This document shows, piece by piece, positions 9,931-18,311 of a stretch of DNA of 64,000 nucleotides. The translations under genes were made by a program, and so were the position numbers. Numbering within the stretch: position 1 is the first letter of the stretch; the number at the start of each line of letters is the position of its first letter. The notes below the pieces were generated by a model, which saw only the letters and a list, made by a program, of their open reading frames with translations, searched no databases and was not told the origin of the DNA. Source of the DNA: a virus; IMG/VR virus record IMGVR_UViG_3300046168_000070, positions 1-64,000 of that record; one strand, written 5' to 3'.

Positions 9931-11036
9931 TGACAGAAACACAATCAAATACATTTTTAAAATCTTTTCTTAAAAACAATAAAGAGTATCACTATAATTT
10001 TGAAGAAGAGATAGATTATAAAGTCTCAAGCGGCAGTCTTAGGATGGACTTTGAGCTTGGAGGAGGATTCGGCCCAGGGCTTCACAGGTTTGTAGGAATG
10101 AATGAAGGGGGCAAAACATCCGAATCTCTAGAAGTTATGAAAAACTTTTTAAATACGCAAGAAAAAAGTAAAGGTTTCTTCATTAAAGCAGAAGGGCGGT
10201 TAAGTCCTGAAATGAGGTTACGCTCAGGAATAAATTTTGTATTTTCTGAAGATGAATGGGTAGAAGGAACTTGTTTTGTTTTCGAAAGTAACGTTTATGA
10301 AACAGTTTTAGAGGTCATGAAGATGTTAATATTAAACAATGACGACGGAAACAAATACTGCTTTGTACTTGATTCTCTAGATGGACTAATCACTAAAGAT
10401 GACTTAAATAAATCTTTTGAAGATGCTCATAAAGTTGCTGGAGGAGCGCTGCTTGGCGCAAAGTTCATGCAAAGAATGAGTATATCTTTAGCGAAAAGAG
10501 GCCACATGGCGATATTCATATCTCAAGTGAGAGCAGACATCAAGCTAGACCCATACTCAAAAGCACCAGTAAGGCAAACTAGCGCAACTGGAGGTAATGC
10601 TTTATTACACTTTGCAAATTTTATATTAGAATTTCAGCCTAGGTTTAAAAAAGATATCATATTAGAAGATCAAGCTAAACCAGTTTGTCCAGATAAAAAT
10701 CCTATGCTCGGGCATCTAGTAAGTATCGCAGTTAAAAAATCTCCCAACGAAAAAACAAACTATACATTAAACTACCCAATTAAATATGGAAGACAGGGAG
10801 GTAATTCAGTGTGGGTTGAGAGAGAGATTATAGATATGCTTTATTTATGGGGTTATATAAATAAAAAAGGAGCATGGATTAGTGTTGAAGAAGAGTTTAT
10901 TAATATATTAAAAGATAATAAATTTGAATTTCCCGAAAAAATACAAGGCGACTCTAAATTAAATAATCATTTAGAAGAAAATGCGGACTTAGTTAAATTT
11001 TTAATTAATCATTTTAAAGAAATTATATCCAAGTGA
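9930..11036 (+). CDS. recA: RecA/UvsX-like recombinase
   Basis: SSGSLRMDFELGGG, P-loop GMNEGGKT, Walker B FVLDSL, IFISQVR and TGGNALLHFA. Confidence 0.9.
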   Translation: MTETQSNTFLKSFLKNNKEYHYNFEEEIDYKVSSGSLRMDFELGGGFGPGLHRFVGMNEGGKTSESLEVMKNFLNTQEKSKGFFIKAEGRLSPEMRLRSGINFVFSEDEWVEGTCFVFESNVYETVLEVMKMLILNNDDGNKYCFVLDSLDGLITKDDLNKSFEDAHKVAGGALLGAKFMQRMSISLAKRGHMAIFISQVRADIKLDPYSKAPVRQTSATGGNALLHFANFILEFQPRFKKDIILEDQAKPVCPDKNPMLGHLVSIAVKKSPNEKTNYTLNYPIKYGRQGGNSVWVEREIIDMLYLWGYINKKGAWISVEEEFINILKDNKFEFPEKIQGDSKLNNHLEENADLVKFLINHFKEIISK

Positions 11037-11440
11037 AGTTTAAAACTACCTCTGGAGTGATCAAGCGAGCAAAAACTCCTAAAAAATATTTTATTAATTG
11101 GAGTGCAGAAAGCAAAAGTAAATTCCAAAAAAGCGTAAAAGATTTTCTTTTTGATTTTTGGCGCTATGACGTAGTGCTTGAGGAATTTCCTATTCCTGGA
11201 AGTAGACTTTCAATAGATTTTTTTAATGTAAATAAAAAAATTGCAGTAGAAGTTCAAGGAGATCAGCACATTAAGTATGTGCCTTATTTTCACCAAACAA
11301 AAGGCAACTATCTCCATCAATTAAGAAAAGACAAAGATAAAGAAAATTTTTGCAAAATAAATAATATTACTCTAGTAGAAATATTCACAGACGATGTTGT
11401 ATCTAAAGATTTATTTAAAAAGTATAATATAGATTTATAG
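11033..11440 (+). CDS. Vsr/DUF559-like PD-(D/E)xK endonuclease
   Basis: LEEF...IDFF...IAVEVQGDQH...D-x-x-K-x-x-FC. Confidence 0.7.
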   Translation: MKFKTTSGVIKRAKTPKKYFINWSAESKSKFQKSVKDFLFDFWRYDVVLEEFPIPGSRLSIDFFNVNKKIAVEVQGDQHIKYVPYFHQTKGNYLHQLRKDKDKENFCKINNITLVEIFTDDVVSKDLFKKYNIDL

Positions 11441-11445
11441 TGTAA
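11440..11445 (+). promoter_or_regulatory. GTGTAA element, 8 nt upstream of ATG 11454
   Basis: Recurring motif. Confidence 0.6.
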
Positions 11446-11453
11446 AGCTTTTT

Positions 11454-11711
11454 ATGAGAGATTTCGATCCAAACAATTTAGGGCGCTTTGAAATGCCCGA
11501 AGAAATATTTGAAAAAATATATGAACTTTCTGGAGGTGTAGAAGAATCCTCCAAAGGATTCTTGTTAGCTTATGTAAACAGCGAAGGAGAACCAATAATA
11601 CATTCTAAAGCCCCAAATCAAATAGTGCATATGGGGTTGATTAAGGCTATCGAGCAATTCCTTATTCAAATGGAATCTCAAGAAGATATGCCTCCTCCGT
11701 CAGAAGATTAA
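11454..11711 (+). CDS. Small acidic hypothetical protein
   Basis: ORF fills the gap between the endonuclease and dnaB. Confidence 0.75.
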   Translation: MRDFDPNNLGRFEMPEEIFEKIYELSGGVEESSKGFLLAYVNSEGEPIIHSKAPNQIVHMGLIKAIEQFLIQMESQEDMPPPSED

Positions 11712-11713
11712 TC

Positions 11714-11742
11714 TTGACTTTTAAGGAGTTTATTGATATCAT
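11714..11742 (+). promoter_or_regulatory. Sigma70-like promoter, leaderless dnaB transcript
   Basis: TTGACT-17 bp-TATCAT, ATG 6 nt downstream. Confidence 0.7.
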
Positions 11743-11748
11743 TAAAAT

Positions 11749-13263
11749 ATGATATCGTCAAACGAACTAGAACAACATGTATTGGCTGGATTAATAAGGT
11801 ATCCAGATATATTCCATGACATTGAATATTTTATAGATGAAAAAGATTTTTATGATGAAGACTCTATAGTGCATAAAACTATATTTAAAATCATAAAACA
11901 ATTAGCAAACGCATCTGAACCTATAGATCCAGTTATTATAGCAGAAAGAATTAATTCTATCGGAATTAGTTTTGAAGATAATATAAATGTATCTGATTAT
12001 GTCCAAGCATTATCAATGCGGAGAGTAGCAAAGAATCAAGTTATGTCTTCCTGTAAAGAGCTTAAGAAGCTGACAGTAAAAAGAGAGATTTGTAATTCTG
12101 CTAAAGAAGTAATTTCTTCAGTTAAAAGAATGCCAGCTGAATCTTCTTATTCAGAAATTGTGGGAGAAGCTGATGCGGTATTCAATAAAACTATCAACGT
12201 TTTTGACTCGGGGCAAGACGCCCCTATGAACATCTATGAAAATATGGAGTCCATGATTGAAGAGTTAGGGAATAACCCCGTAACTGATTTTGGAATGAAA
12301 GGCCCGCATAAGAAATTACATGATCTATATGGATCGCTTCTTAGACCAGGCAACATTACAGTCATAACAGCTAGGTCTGGAGTGGGTAAGACTCAATTTT
12401 GTATGGATTTTTGCACGAAAGTTTCAGCAGAACATAATGTTCCTATATTACACTTTGATAACGGCGAGATGAGTTTCGAAGAGCTCACAATGAGGCAGTG
12501 TGCAGCACTCAGCGGAGTACCCTTACATCTTTGTGAAACAGGCAAGTGGAGGACTGCGGGAGAAGAAGTATGTAATAAAATTAGATCAGTGTTCCCTAAA
12601 GTTAAAGGTCTACAGTTTTACTATCAAAACGTCGGGGGTCTTTCTGTTAATGAAATGATTAGCTTAGTAAAAAGATTTTATTACGGGAAAATCGGAAGAG
12701 GTAATCCGCTAATATTAAGTTTTGATTATATTAAAACCTCTTATTCGGAAAATGGCTCCAACATGAAAGAGTGGGAGCAAATTGGTAAAATGGTAAATGA
12801 CTTTAAGAAGTGCATACAAAGAGATATTGTTGTTGATGGAAAACCAGTCATACCTATGATTACTAGCGTACAAACTAATCGAATGGGGATCAGTCAAAAC
12901 AGAAATTCGGACGCTGTTGTTGAAGATGAAAGCGTGGTATCATTATCAGACAGAATTACTCAGTTTTGCTCTCATATGTTTTTCTTAAGGCCAAAAACTA
13001 CCGATGAGGTAGAATCAGATATGGGCTTCGGAACCCATAAACTAATAAATCTAAAATCTAGACATTTAGGTGATGACGTTTTTGGTGCCCTAGAGCCAGT
13101 TAAAATGCCAGATGGTAGATTGAAGAAAAATTATATCAATTTAAATTTTGATAATTTTGGCATAACAGAAGTAGGAGATTTAAGAGATCTAGTCGAACAT
13201 CTAGAGGCTACAGGAGAGCCTATAATGGATGGAGATTCAGAGTTGCCTGATTTATTTTCTTAA
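11749..13263 (+). CDS. dnaB: DnaB-like replicative helicase
   Basis: N-terminal LEQHVLAGLI, Walker A ARSGVGKT, DNGEMS, FDYIK, SVQTNR and LINLKSRH. Confidence 0.92.
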   Translation: MISSNELEQHVLAGLIRYPDIFHDIEYFIDEKDFYDEDSIVHKTIFKIIKQLANASEPIDPVIIAERINSIGISFEDNINVSDYVQALSMRRVAKNQVMSSCKELKKLTVKREICNSAKEVISSVKRMPAESSYSEIVGEADAVFNKTINVFDSGQDAPMNIYENMESMIEELGNNPVTDFGMKGPHKKLHDLYGSLLRPGNITVITARSGVGKTQFCMDFCTKVSAEHNVPILHFDNGEMSFEELTMRQCAALSGVPLHLCETGKWRTAGEEVCNKIRSVFPKVKGLQFYYQNVGGLSVNEMISLVKRFYYGKIGRGNPLILSFDYIKTSYSENGSNMKEWEQIGKMVNDFKKCIQRDIVVDGKPVIPMITSVQTNRMGISQNRNSDAVVEDESVVSLSDRITQFCSHMFFLRPKTTDEVESDMGFGTHKLINLKSRHLGDDVFGALEPVKMPDGRLKKNYINLNFDNFGITEVGDLRDLVEHLEATGEPIMDGDSELPDLFS

Positions 13264-13265
13264 TA

Positions 13266-14318
13266 ATGAGCCCTGATACTATTAAATCTGTGTTAAGTGA
13301 GCTCGGCTACAATTTAGTAGACCGAGGTTCTTACTGGCAAACTAATGCTCTCTTCCGCAATGGAGACAACTCGACCGCTATCCAGATATATAAAAACTCT
13401 GGAGTATGGAAAGATTACGTCTCAGGAACCTCCTTTATGCCTTTCAAAACTTTAATTCAAGCTACATTAAAAACTAATGATAAAGAAATTATAAATAAAT
13501 ATTTAAAAAACATTGACACTCTTGACTTAGATAGCGTCGAACGTCAATATAAACCTACTCAAAAAATTATGTCAGAAGAAATATACCCAAAATCCGATAT
13601 AGATAAATTTTTACCTCATTATAAATTTTATGAAAATAAAGGTATATCTAAATCTATTCTACAAAAACTAAAGTCAGGATTCTGTACAGAAGGTAAGATG
13701 CATAATCGATTTGTATTTCCTATTTTTAATGAAAGCGGAATGATTCATGGATTAGCTGGTAGAGATATGCTTAAAGATGCTCCGAATAGACCCAAATGGA
13801 AACACATGGGGCAGAAAAACAACTGGATATACCCCTTATATGACGCAGACTCTCTAGCTAGAGAATATATAAACAATAAAGAAGAAGTTATTTTAGTTGA
13901 AAGTATAGGAGATTTATTATCTTTACACGAGTCAGGTATTTATAATTGCCTTGTAACTTTCGGGCTCTCTGTTTCTCCTAAAATGATATGCGCCTTAGTC
14001 TCTTTAGCTCCTAAAAAAATAATATTATCTTTTAATAATGACTCAGACAAAGAAGAGAATAGAGGTGCAGATGCCTGCGTCAAAAACTATTTAAAGCTAT
14101 TAGATTATTTTGATCAAAATTCATTATGCATATGCCTGCCCACAAAAAATGATTTTGGAGATATGAATATAGATGAAGTATCACAATGGCAAATTAAATT
14201 ATCCAATATAGACCAACTAAAACAACAACAATATATTTTAAAAAGATCAAGCGAATTAAGATCTAATAAAAAATTAGCTGAAAGCTTATACAAAAAAACA
14301 AAAAAAATAAAATTATGA
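13266..14318 (+). CDS. dnaG: DnaG-type primase (TOPRIM)
   Basis: RFVFPIFN...GLAGR, PKWKH, VILVESIGD, TFG and SFNND...G...A; adjacent to the helicase. Confidence 0.85.
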   Translation: MSPDTIKSVLSELGYNLVDRGSYWQTNALFRNGDNSTAIQIYKNSGVWKDYVSGTSFMPFKTLIQATLKTNDKEIINKYLKNIDTLDLDSVERQYKPTQKIMSEEIYPKSDIDKFLPHYKFYENKGISKSILQKLKSGFCTEGKMHNRFVFPIFNESGMIHGLAGRDMLKDAPNRPKWKHMGQKNNWIYPLYDADSLAREYINNKEEVILVESIGDLLSLHESGIYNCLVTFGLSVSPKMICALVSLAPKKIILSFNNDSDKEENRGADACVKNYLKLLDYFDQNSLCICLPTKNDFGDMNIDEVSQWQIKLSNIDQLKQQQYILKRSSELRSNKKLAESLYKKTKKIKL

Positions 14319-15346
14319 AACGTGATGTTAGATTATCCGCCAGTAGAATTAGTACATTAAAAAAATGCAGTTGGACATATTGGGTAAAGTACGTACTCAA
14401 GCTTCCTGACACAACCAATGCTGGAGCAAGTAGAGGCTGGATCTGCCACTTGATCTTTGAAATTCTTGGTGAGCCGCGACACAAAAAAGTTTATGATCGG
14501 CTTTTAGTGGCGAAAGATATTTTTGAAGTTGAATCAATCAAGAGGCTCGTAATGCATCATGCTCGTAAAATGAATGTTGATGACACAGAAAATCTTCAGC
14601 TCATTAGCGATATGACAATGGCTGGTTTAAACTTTGATTTTTTCGGGGACACATTCGCAAAACCCGATTTAGCTATTTCTGAAAAAGAATTTCTACTCGA
14701 TGTGGACGAAGATGGCAAAAGGTATAAAGTTTTAGGTTTTATTGATAAATTATTTCTTTATAAATCTGCAAGCAAAGCTTTAATCAGGGACTTTAAAAGC
14801 AGCAAGAGTGTATTCAAAGGCAAAGACCTTGAAGATAACCTGCAAGATTTAATCTACTGCTTGGCAGTGAAAAGAATGTTTCCTGAATACAAAAATAGAG
14901 TAATGGAGTTTCTGTTTCTTAAGTTCAATCTCGAATCAAAGGGCAAAGTAATGATGCCTACAATTCTTGATGACGAGTTAGATGGGTTCGAATATGAACT
15001 CACGCAAATCCAAGACTACTTAGAAAATTTTTCGGAAAAAGACGCTATGTCTAATTTCGCAGCAGACCAAGGATTCCCCAAAGATGGAAGCTTTGGAGGT
15101 TTATTAGCTTGCGGTAAAGATGGTTTTAAAATGAGTCGAGGGTCTCCAGTTCTAGACGAGAATGGAGAACCGATAAAAGCATTTATCTGCCCTTTTAGAA
15201 AAGGTTTCAATTATTATGTATTAATTAATTCGGAAAATAAAATAATCAAAAGCTCATTTGAAGATGAGAAAGATAAGCTTGTCGCCAAAGAAGGTGAAAC
15301 TGTTGAATTAAGAGAGTATAAAGGTTGCCCAAAATGGGTTAATTAA
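14315..15346 (+). CDS. PD-(D/E)xK Cas4/AddB-like exonuclease
   Basis: LSASRI...C, G-x-x-x-H, GFIDKL, IRDFKSSK and Q-x-x-x-Y; one N-terminal plus three C-terminal Cys. Confidence 0.8.
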   Translation: MKRDVRLSASRISTLKKCSWTYWVKYVLKLPDTTNAGASRGWICHLIFEILGEPRHKKVYDRLLVAKDIFEVESIKRLVMHHARKMNVDDTENLQLISDMTMAGLNFDFFGDTFAKPDLAISEKEFLLDVDEDGKRYKVLGFIDKLFLYKSASKALIRDFKSSKSVFKGKDLEDNLQDLIYCLAVKRMFPEYKNRVMEFLFLKFNLESKGKVMMPTILDDELDGFEYELTQIQDYLENFSEKDAMSNFAADQGFPKDGSFGGLLACGKDGFKMSRGSPVLDENGEPIKAFICPFRKGFNYYVLINSENKIIKSSFEDEKDKLVAKEGETVELREYKGCPKWVN

Positions 15347-15369
15347 ATTCTTTATTCCAAGGCAATATA

Positions 15370-16368
15370 TTAACCTGGCCCAGAAGCTACTTTTGGGACA
15401 TTGGTTTTATAAGGGTGAGAACCATTTAAATTACCAGTAATTCCCCATTTGTGAGCTAGATATCCTTCGACTTGCTGCCTCTGTGAATTGCTTGGAGATT
15501 CATATATAATAACTTCAGCAACTTTTCCTGACGGTGAGTGATTTAGGGCTCGATTAGCAAAAATCGCTAAGTGTGCTGTTGATGCAACGTTATTAGTATA
15601 TGAAATAGATGTTGTTCCACTTAATAAAGAGCCATTCACTAATAATTCAATTTTTTGATCTTCTGTTTTATCAAAGGAGACGCAAAATATATTAAAGCCC
15701 GTGATTTCAGTATTGCCCGCTGAAGTAGTTCCTAGGTTTGTATTTTTTAAAAGTCCATAAAATTTCGTAGAATTATTTGCTCCTAGTTGCCAGTCGTTAT
15801 TATTAGAATCTTGTGCAATTATTGAATCAAAAACGGAATCAACTCCAGTTACTTCACAAACAATAAAAAGAACCACGTCCCCGCTTGAAGGATTCGCAAA
15901 ATTCTGCTTTATAAAATAATCATTTCCATCAAAGTCAATAACATTTAACAAGTTCTGTGTGCTCGATCCTGTGGAAGGGTCTCCGTTTGCGACTACATGA
16001 TTATTTTTCCCACTTTTATCATTCCACTGGCTTACAGTACTGGATGAATGGGTAATGGATCCACTGTCACTTGCGTCTAACCAAAGTTCTGTAGCTATTT
16101 CTGCTGGAGTCCAGAGCTCTAGCTCTATAGCCGTGTTATCGAAATGTCTGTACCATTTATTTTGAAAGTAATACGCCATACATTGAGTATTATCTTCAGT
16201 GCCATCTGTAACTAAAACAGTAGAACCATTATCAGCAACAAGAGGCAATGAGCCAGCATCATAACTCTTTATAGTAATCGAGTCCACTTCATCAATGATC
16301 TCGTTTACCTTGTTTCTTGCTTCATTAAGATCTACTTGAGTTTGATCAGAATTTAATTTGTCTACCAT
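15370..16368 (-). CDS. LamG/concanavalin-A-like domain virion protein
   Basis: LWLDASD, VSQWNDKSG, GKVAEVIIY and QVEGYLAHKWG. Confidence 0.8.
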   Translation of the reverse strand: MVDKLNSDQTQVDLNEARNKVNEIIDEVDSITIKSYDAGSLPLVADNGSTVLVTDGTEDNTQCMAYYFQNKWYRHFDNTAIELELWTPAEIATELWLDASDSGSITHSSSTVSQWNDKSGKNNHVVANGDPSTGSSTQNLLNVIDFDGNDYFIKQNFANPSSGDVVLFIVCEVTGVDSVFDSIIAQDSNNNDWQLGANNSTKFYGLLKNTNLGTTSAGNTEITGFNIFCVSFDKTEDQKIELLVNGSLLSGTTSISYTNNVASTAHLAIFANRALNHSPSGKVAEVIIYESPSNSQRQQVEGYLAHKWGITGNLNGSHPYKTNVPKVASGPG

Positions 16369-16379
16369 TTCAATATTTA

Positions 16380-16385
16380 TTACAC
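16380..16385 (-). promoter_or_regulatory. GTGTAA element, 11 nt upstream of ATG 16368
   Basis: ttacac on + strand. Confidence 0.6.
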
Positions 16386-16934
16386 TGTTTTGTTATTGTA
16401 TAATTTGAAATACCTTTCATCATCGTTAATCGCATCAAGATACTTAGGTTGATAACAATCCAACCTATAGAAATAACTAGATTGATCTGGAGTTGGTTGA
16501 TTAGTTTCTTGCGCTTTACCCCAATATGTATACATTTTAATTAAATCGTCAGTAGAATGCTTTGTTTTGGAAAAATTCTTATCTGGTTTTTTATCTTTTT
16601 CAAACCCGATTGCATTAAATATTATAATTTTATATGGATTAAGAGGGCACTCCTCCATATATTTAATTAATTTTCTCCCCCTAATCATACCATCCTGCTT
16701 CGGGTTAAATCCCTTCTTTAAAAAAAGCCAGTCGAACAATATGATATTAGTATTAGATCTTTTGTGGTTAATTGGGCAATAATTAAGATAGTTTAACTGA
16801 TACCCGCCTCCCAGGTTCACAGAATTATATTCTTTGCAATAATTTACATTATATCGCTTGCCTATATGAACAAACATAGGGTCGTTTTCTATTTCATCAG
16901 AACGATAATTATCTTGACTTAACTCAATCAACAT
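16380..16934 (-). CDS. Hypothetical protein
   Basis: ORF; ATG 16934 preferred because it follows a minus-strand TTGAAA-16-TATAAT by 6 nt. Confidence 0.65.
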   Translation of the reverse strand: MLIELSQDNYRSDEIENDPMFVHIGKRYNVNYCKEYNSVNLGGGYQLNYLNYCPINHKRSNTNIILFDWLFLKKGFNPKQDGMIRGRKLIKYMEECPLNPYKIIIFNAIGFEKDKKPDKNFSKTKHSTDDLIKMYTYWGKAQETNQPTPDQSSYFYRLDCYQPKYLDAINDDERYFKLYNNKTV

Positions 16935-16942
16935 GTTATTAT
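16914..16942 (+). promoter_or_regulatory. Sigma70-like promoter of the polymerase operon (extended -10)
   Basis: TTGACT-17 bp-TATTAT preceded by TG. Confidence 0.7.
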
Positions 16943-16951
16943 TATATTTAT

Positions 16952-17689
16952 ATGATACCAATTTTCAAAAGTCATTATTCGATTGGAAAATCTATCTTAA
17001 CTTTAAAAAATCCAGAAAAAGTTGAAGAAGATGGCGCTGATAGCGTTTTCTCTATAGCTCAAGAGTACAAACTCAAACAAGTTTGCTTAGTGGAGGACTC
17101 TTTAGTGGGCTTTTTAGAGGCGAAAAAAACCTCCGAAGAGTTAGGCATTAATTTATATTTCGGCCTCAGGATGGAAATTGAGAATGGTAGTTCCTATAAG
17201 GTTATTATCTTCGCCAAAAACAGTGAAGGCATCAAAGACTTAAACAGCATATATAGTGACAAATTTTGTTCAGAAGAAAAATTTTCTATAGATTCACTTA
17301 AATCTTTATGGACAGATAATCTTTTGCTAGTTATACCTTTTTACGATTCTTTTATATTTAACAATACATTATCTTTTGCGGGATGCATGCCTGATTTTAA
17401 TTTTACAAATCCATCTTTTTTACTAGAAGACAACGGCTTGCCATTTGACCATATAATAAGAAAAAAAGTATTAGATTACTGCAATACAAATCAACTTGAA
17501 ACATTAGAAGCTAAAAGTATTTATTATAAAAACAAATCTGACTTTGATGCTTGGTTAACTTATAAAATTGCGACAAATAGACGCTTCGGAAAGAATCAAT
17601 CATTATATTGCCCTAATTTTGATCACCTTGGTAGTGATGAATTTTGCTTCGAATCTTACCTCAATAAAAATGACAGACAAACTTCTTAG
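16952..17689 (+). CDS. Stand-alone PHP domain of split DNA polymerase III alpha
   Basis: KSHYSIGKSIL, CLVED...GF, FGLRM and IFAKNSEGIKDLNSI. Confidence 0.8.
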   Translation: MIPIFKSHYSIGKSILTLKNPEKVEEDGADSVFSIAQEYKLKQVCLVEDSLVGFLEAKKTSEELGINLYFGLRMEIENGSSYKVIIFAKNSEGIKDLNSIYSDKFCSEEKFSIDSLKSLWTDNLLLVIPFYDSFIFNNTLSFAGCMPDFNFTNPSFLLEDNGLPFDHIIRKKVLDYCNTNQLETLEAKSIYYKNKSDFDAWLTYKIATNRRFGKNQSLYCPNFDHLGSDEFCFESYLNKNDRQTS

Positions 17690-18311
17690 ATTTAATAAAA
17701 AACAAAAATATATATATTTTGATTTCGAAACTTGTGGCTTAAATTTAGCCTCAAAAGAAAACAAACCTTGGCAGCTTGCGTTTATAGTATCCGATGGAAC
17801 TAAGATTGTTTCAGAAAAAGATTATTTAATCAAGTGGGACACTCTTGATATTTCTGATGGAGCTGCAAAAACAACAGGATTCTCTAGAACTAAATACAAC
17901 AAACTCTCTGTTGATCCAACAATGGTTCTCGATGAATTCGAGAAATACATCTATGACGATCAATATTTAATTATAGGGCACAATATACTAGGCTTTGATG
18001 TTTATATACATAATATATTCAGAAAACTACTAGGCAGAGATACAGACTATTCTTACATAAATAGATGCATAGATACATTATCTTTATCGAAAGCTAAATT
18101 AAAAGAAATTAAATTTGACAAAAATCAAACTTTAATTAATTGGCAATACAGATTAAACTCTTTTAGAGAAAGAGGAATGAAGTGTAGCTTAAAAGTTATG
18201 TGCAAATTGTACGATATACCCTTTGACGAATCAAAACTGCATGATGCATTATATGATATCAGAATCAACAAACTATTATTCGAGAAATTATTATGGCAAA
18301 TAGATATTTAA
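17670..18311 (+). CDS. DEDDh 3'-5' exonuclease (DnaQ-like)
   Basis: YFDFETCG, GHNILGFD, IDTL and LHDALYDI. Confidence 0.9.
   Translation: MTDKLLRFNKKQKYIYFDFETCGLNLASKENKPWQLAFIVSDGTKIVSEKDYLIKWDTLDISDGAAKTTGFSRTKYNKLSVDPTMVLDEFEKYIYDDQYLIIGHNILGFDVYIHNIFRKLLGRDTDYSYINRCIDTLSLSKAKLKEIKFDKNQTLINWQYRLNSFRERGMKCSLKVMCKLYDIPFDESKLHDALYDIRINKLLFEKLLWQIDI

Noticed and set aside
14315-15346. CRISPR-associated Cas4 / CRISPR locus
   Set aside because: No repeat-spacer array or other cas genes were seen. The context (helicase, primase) fits a replication/recombination nuclease
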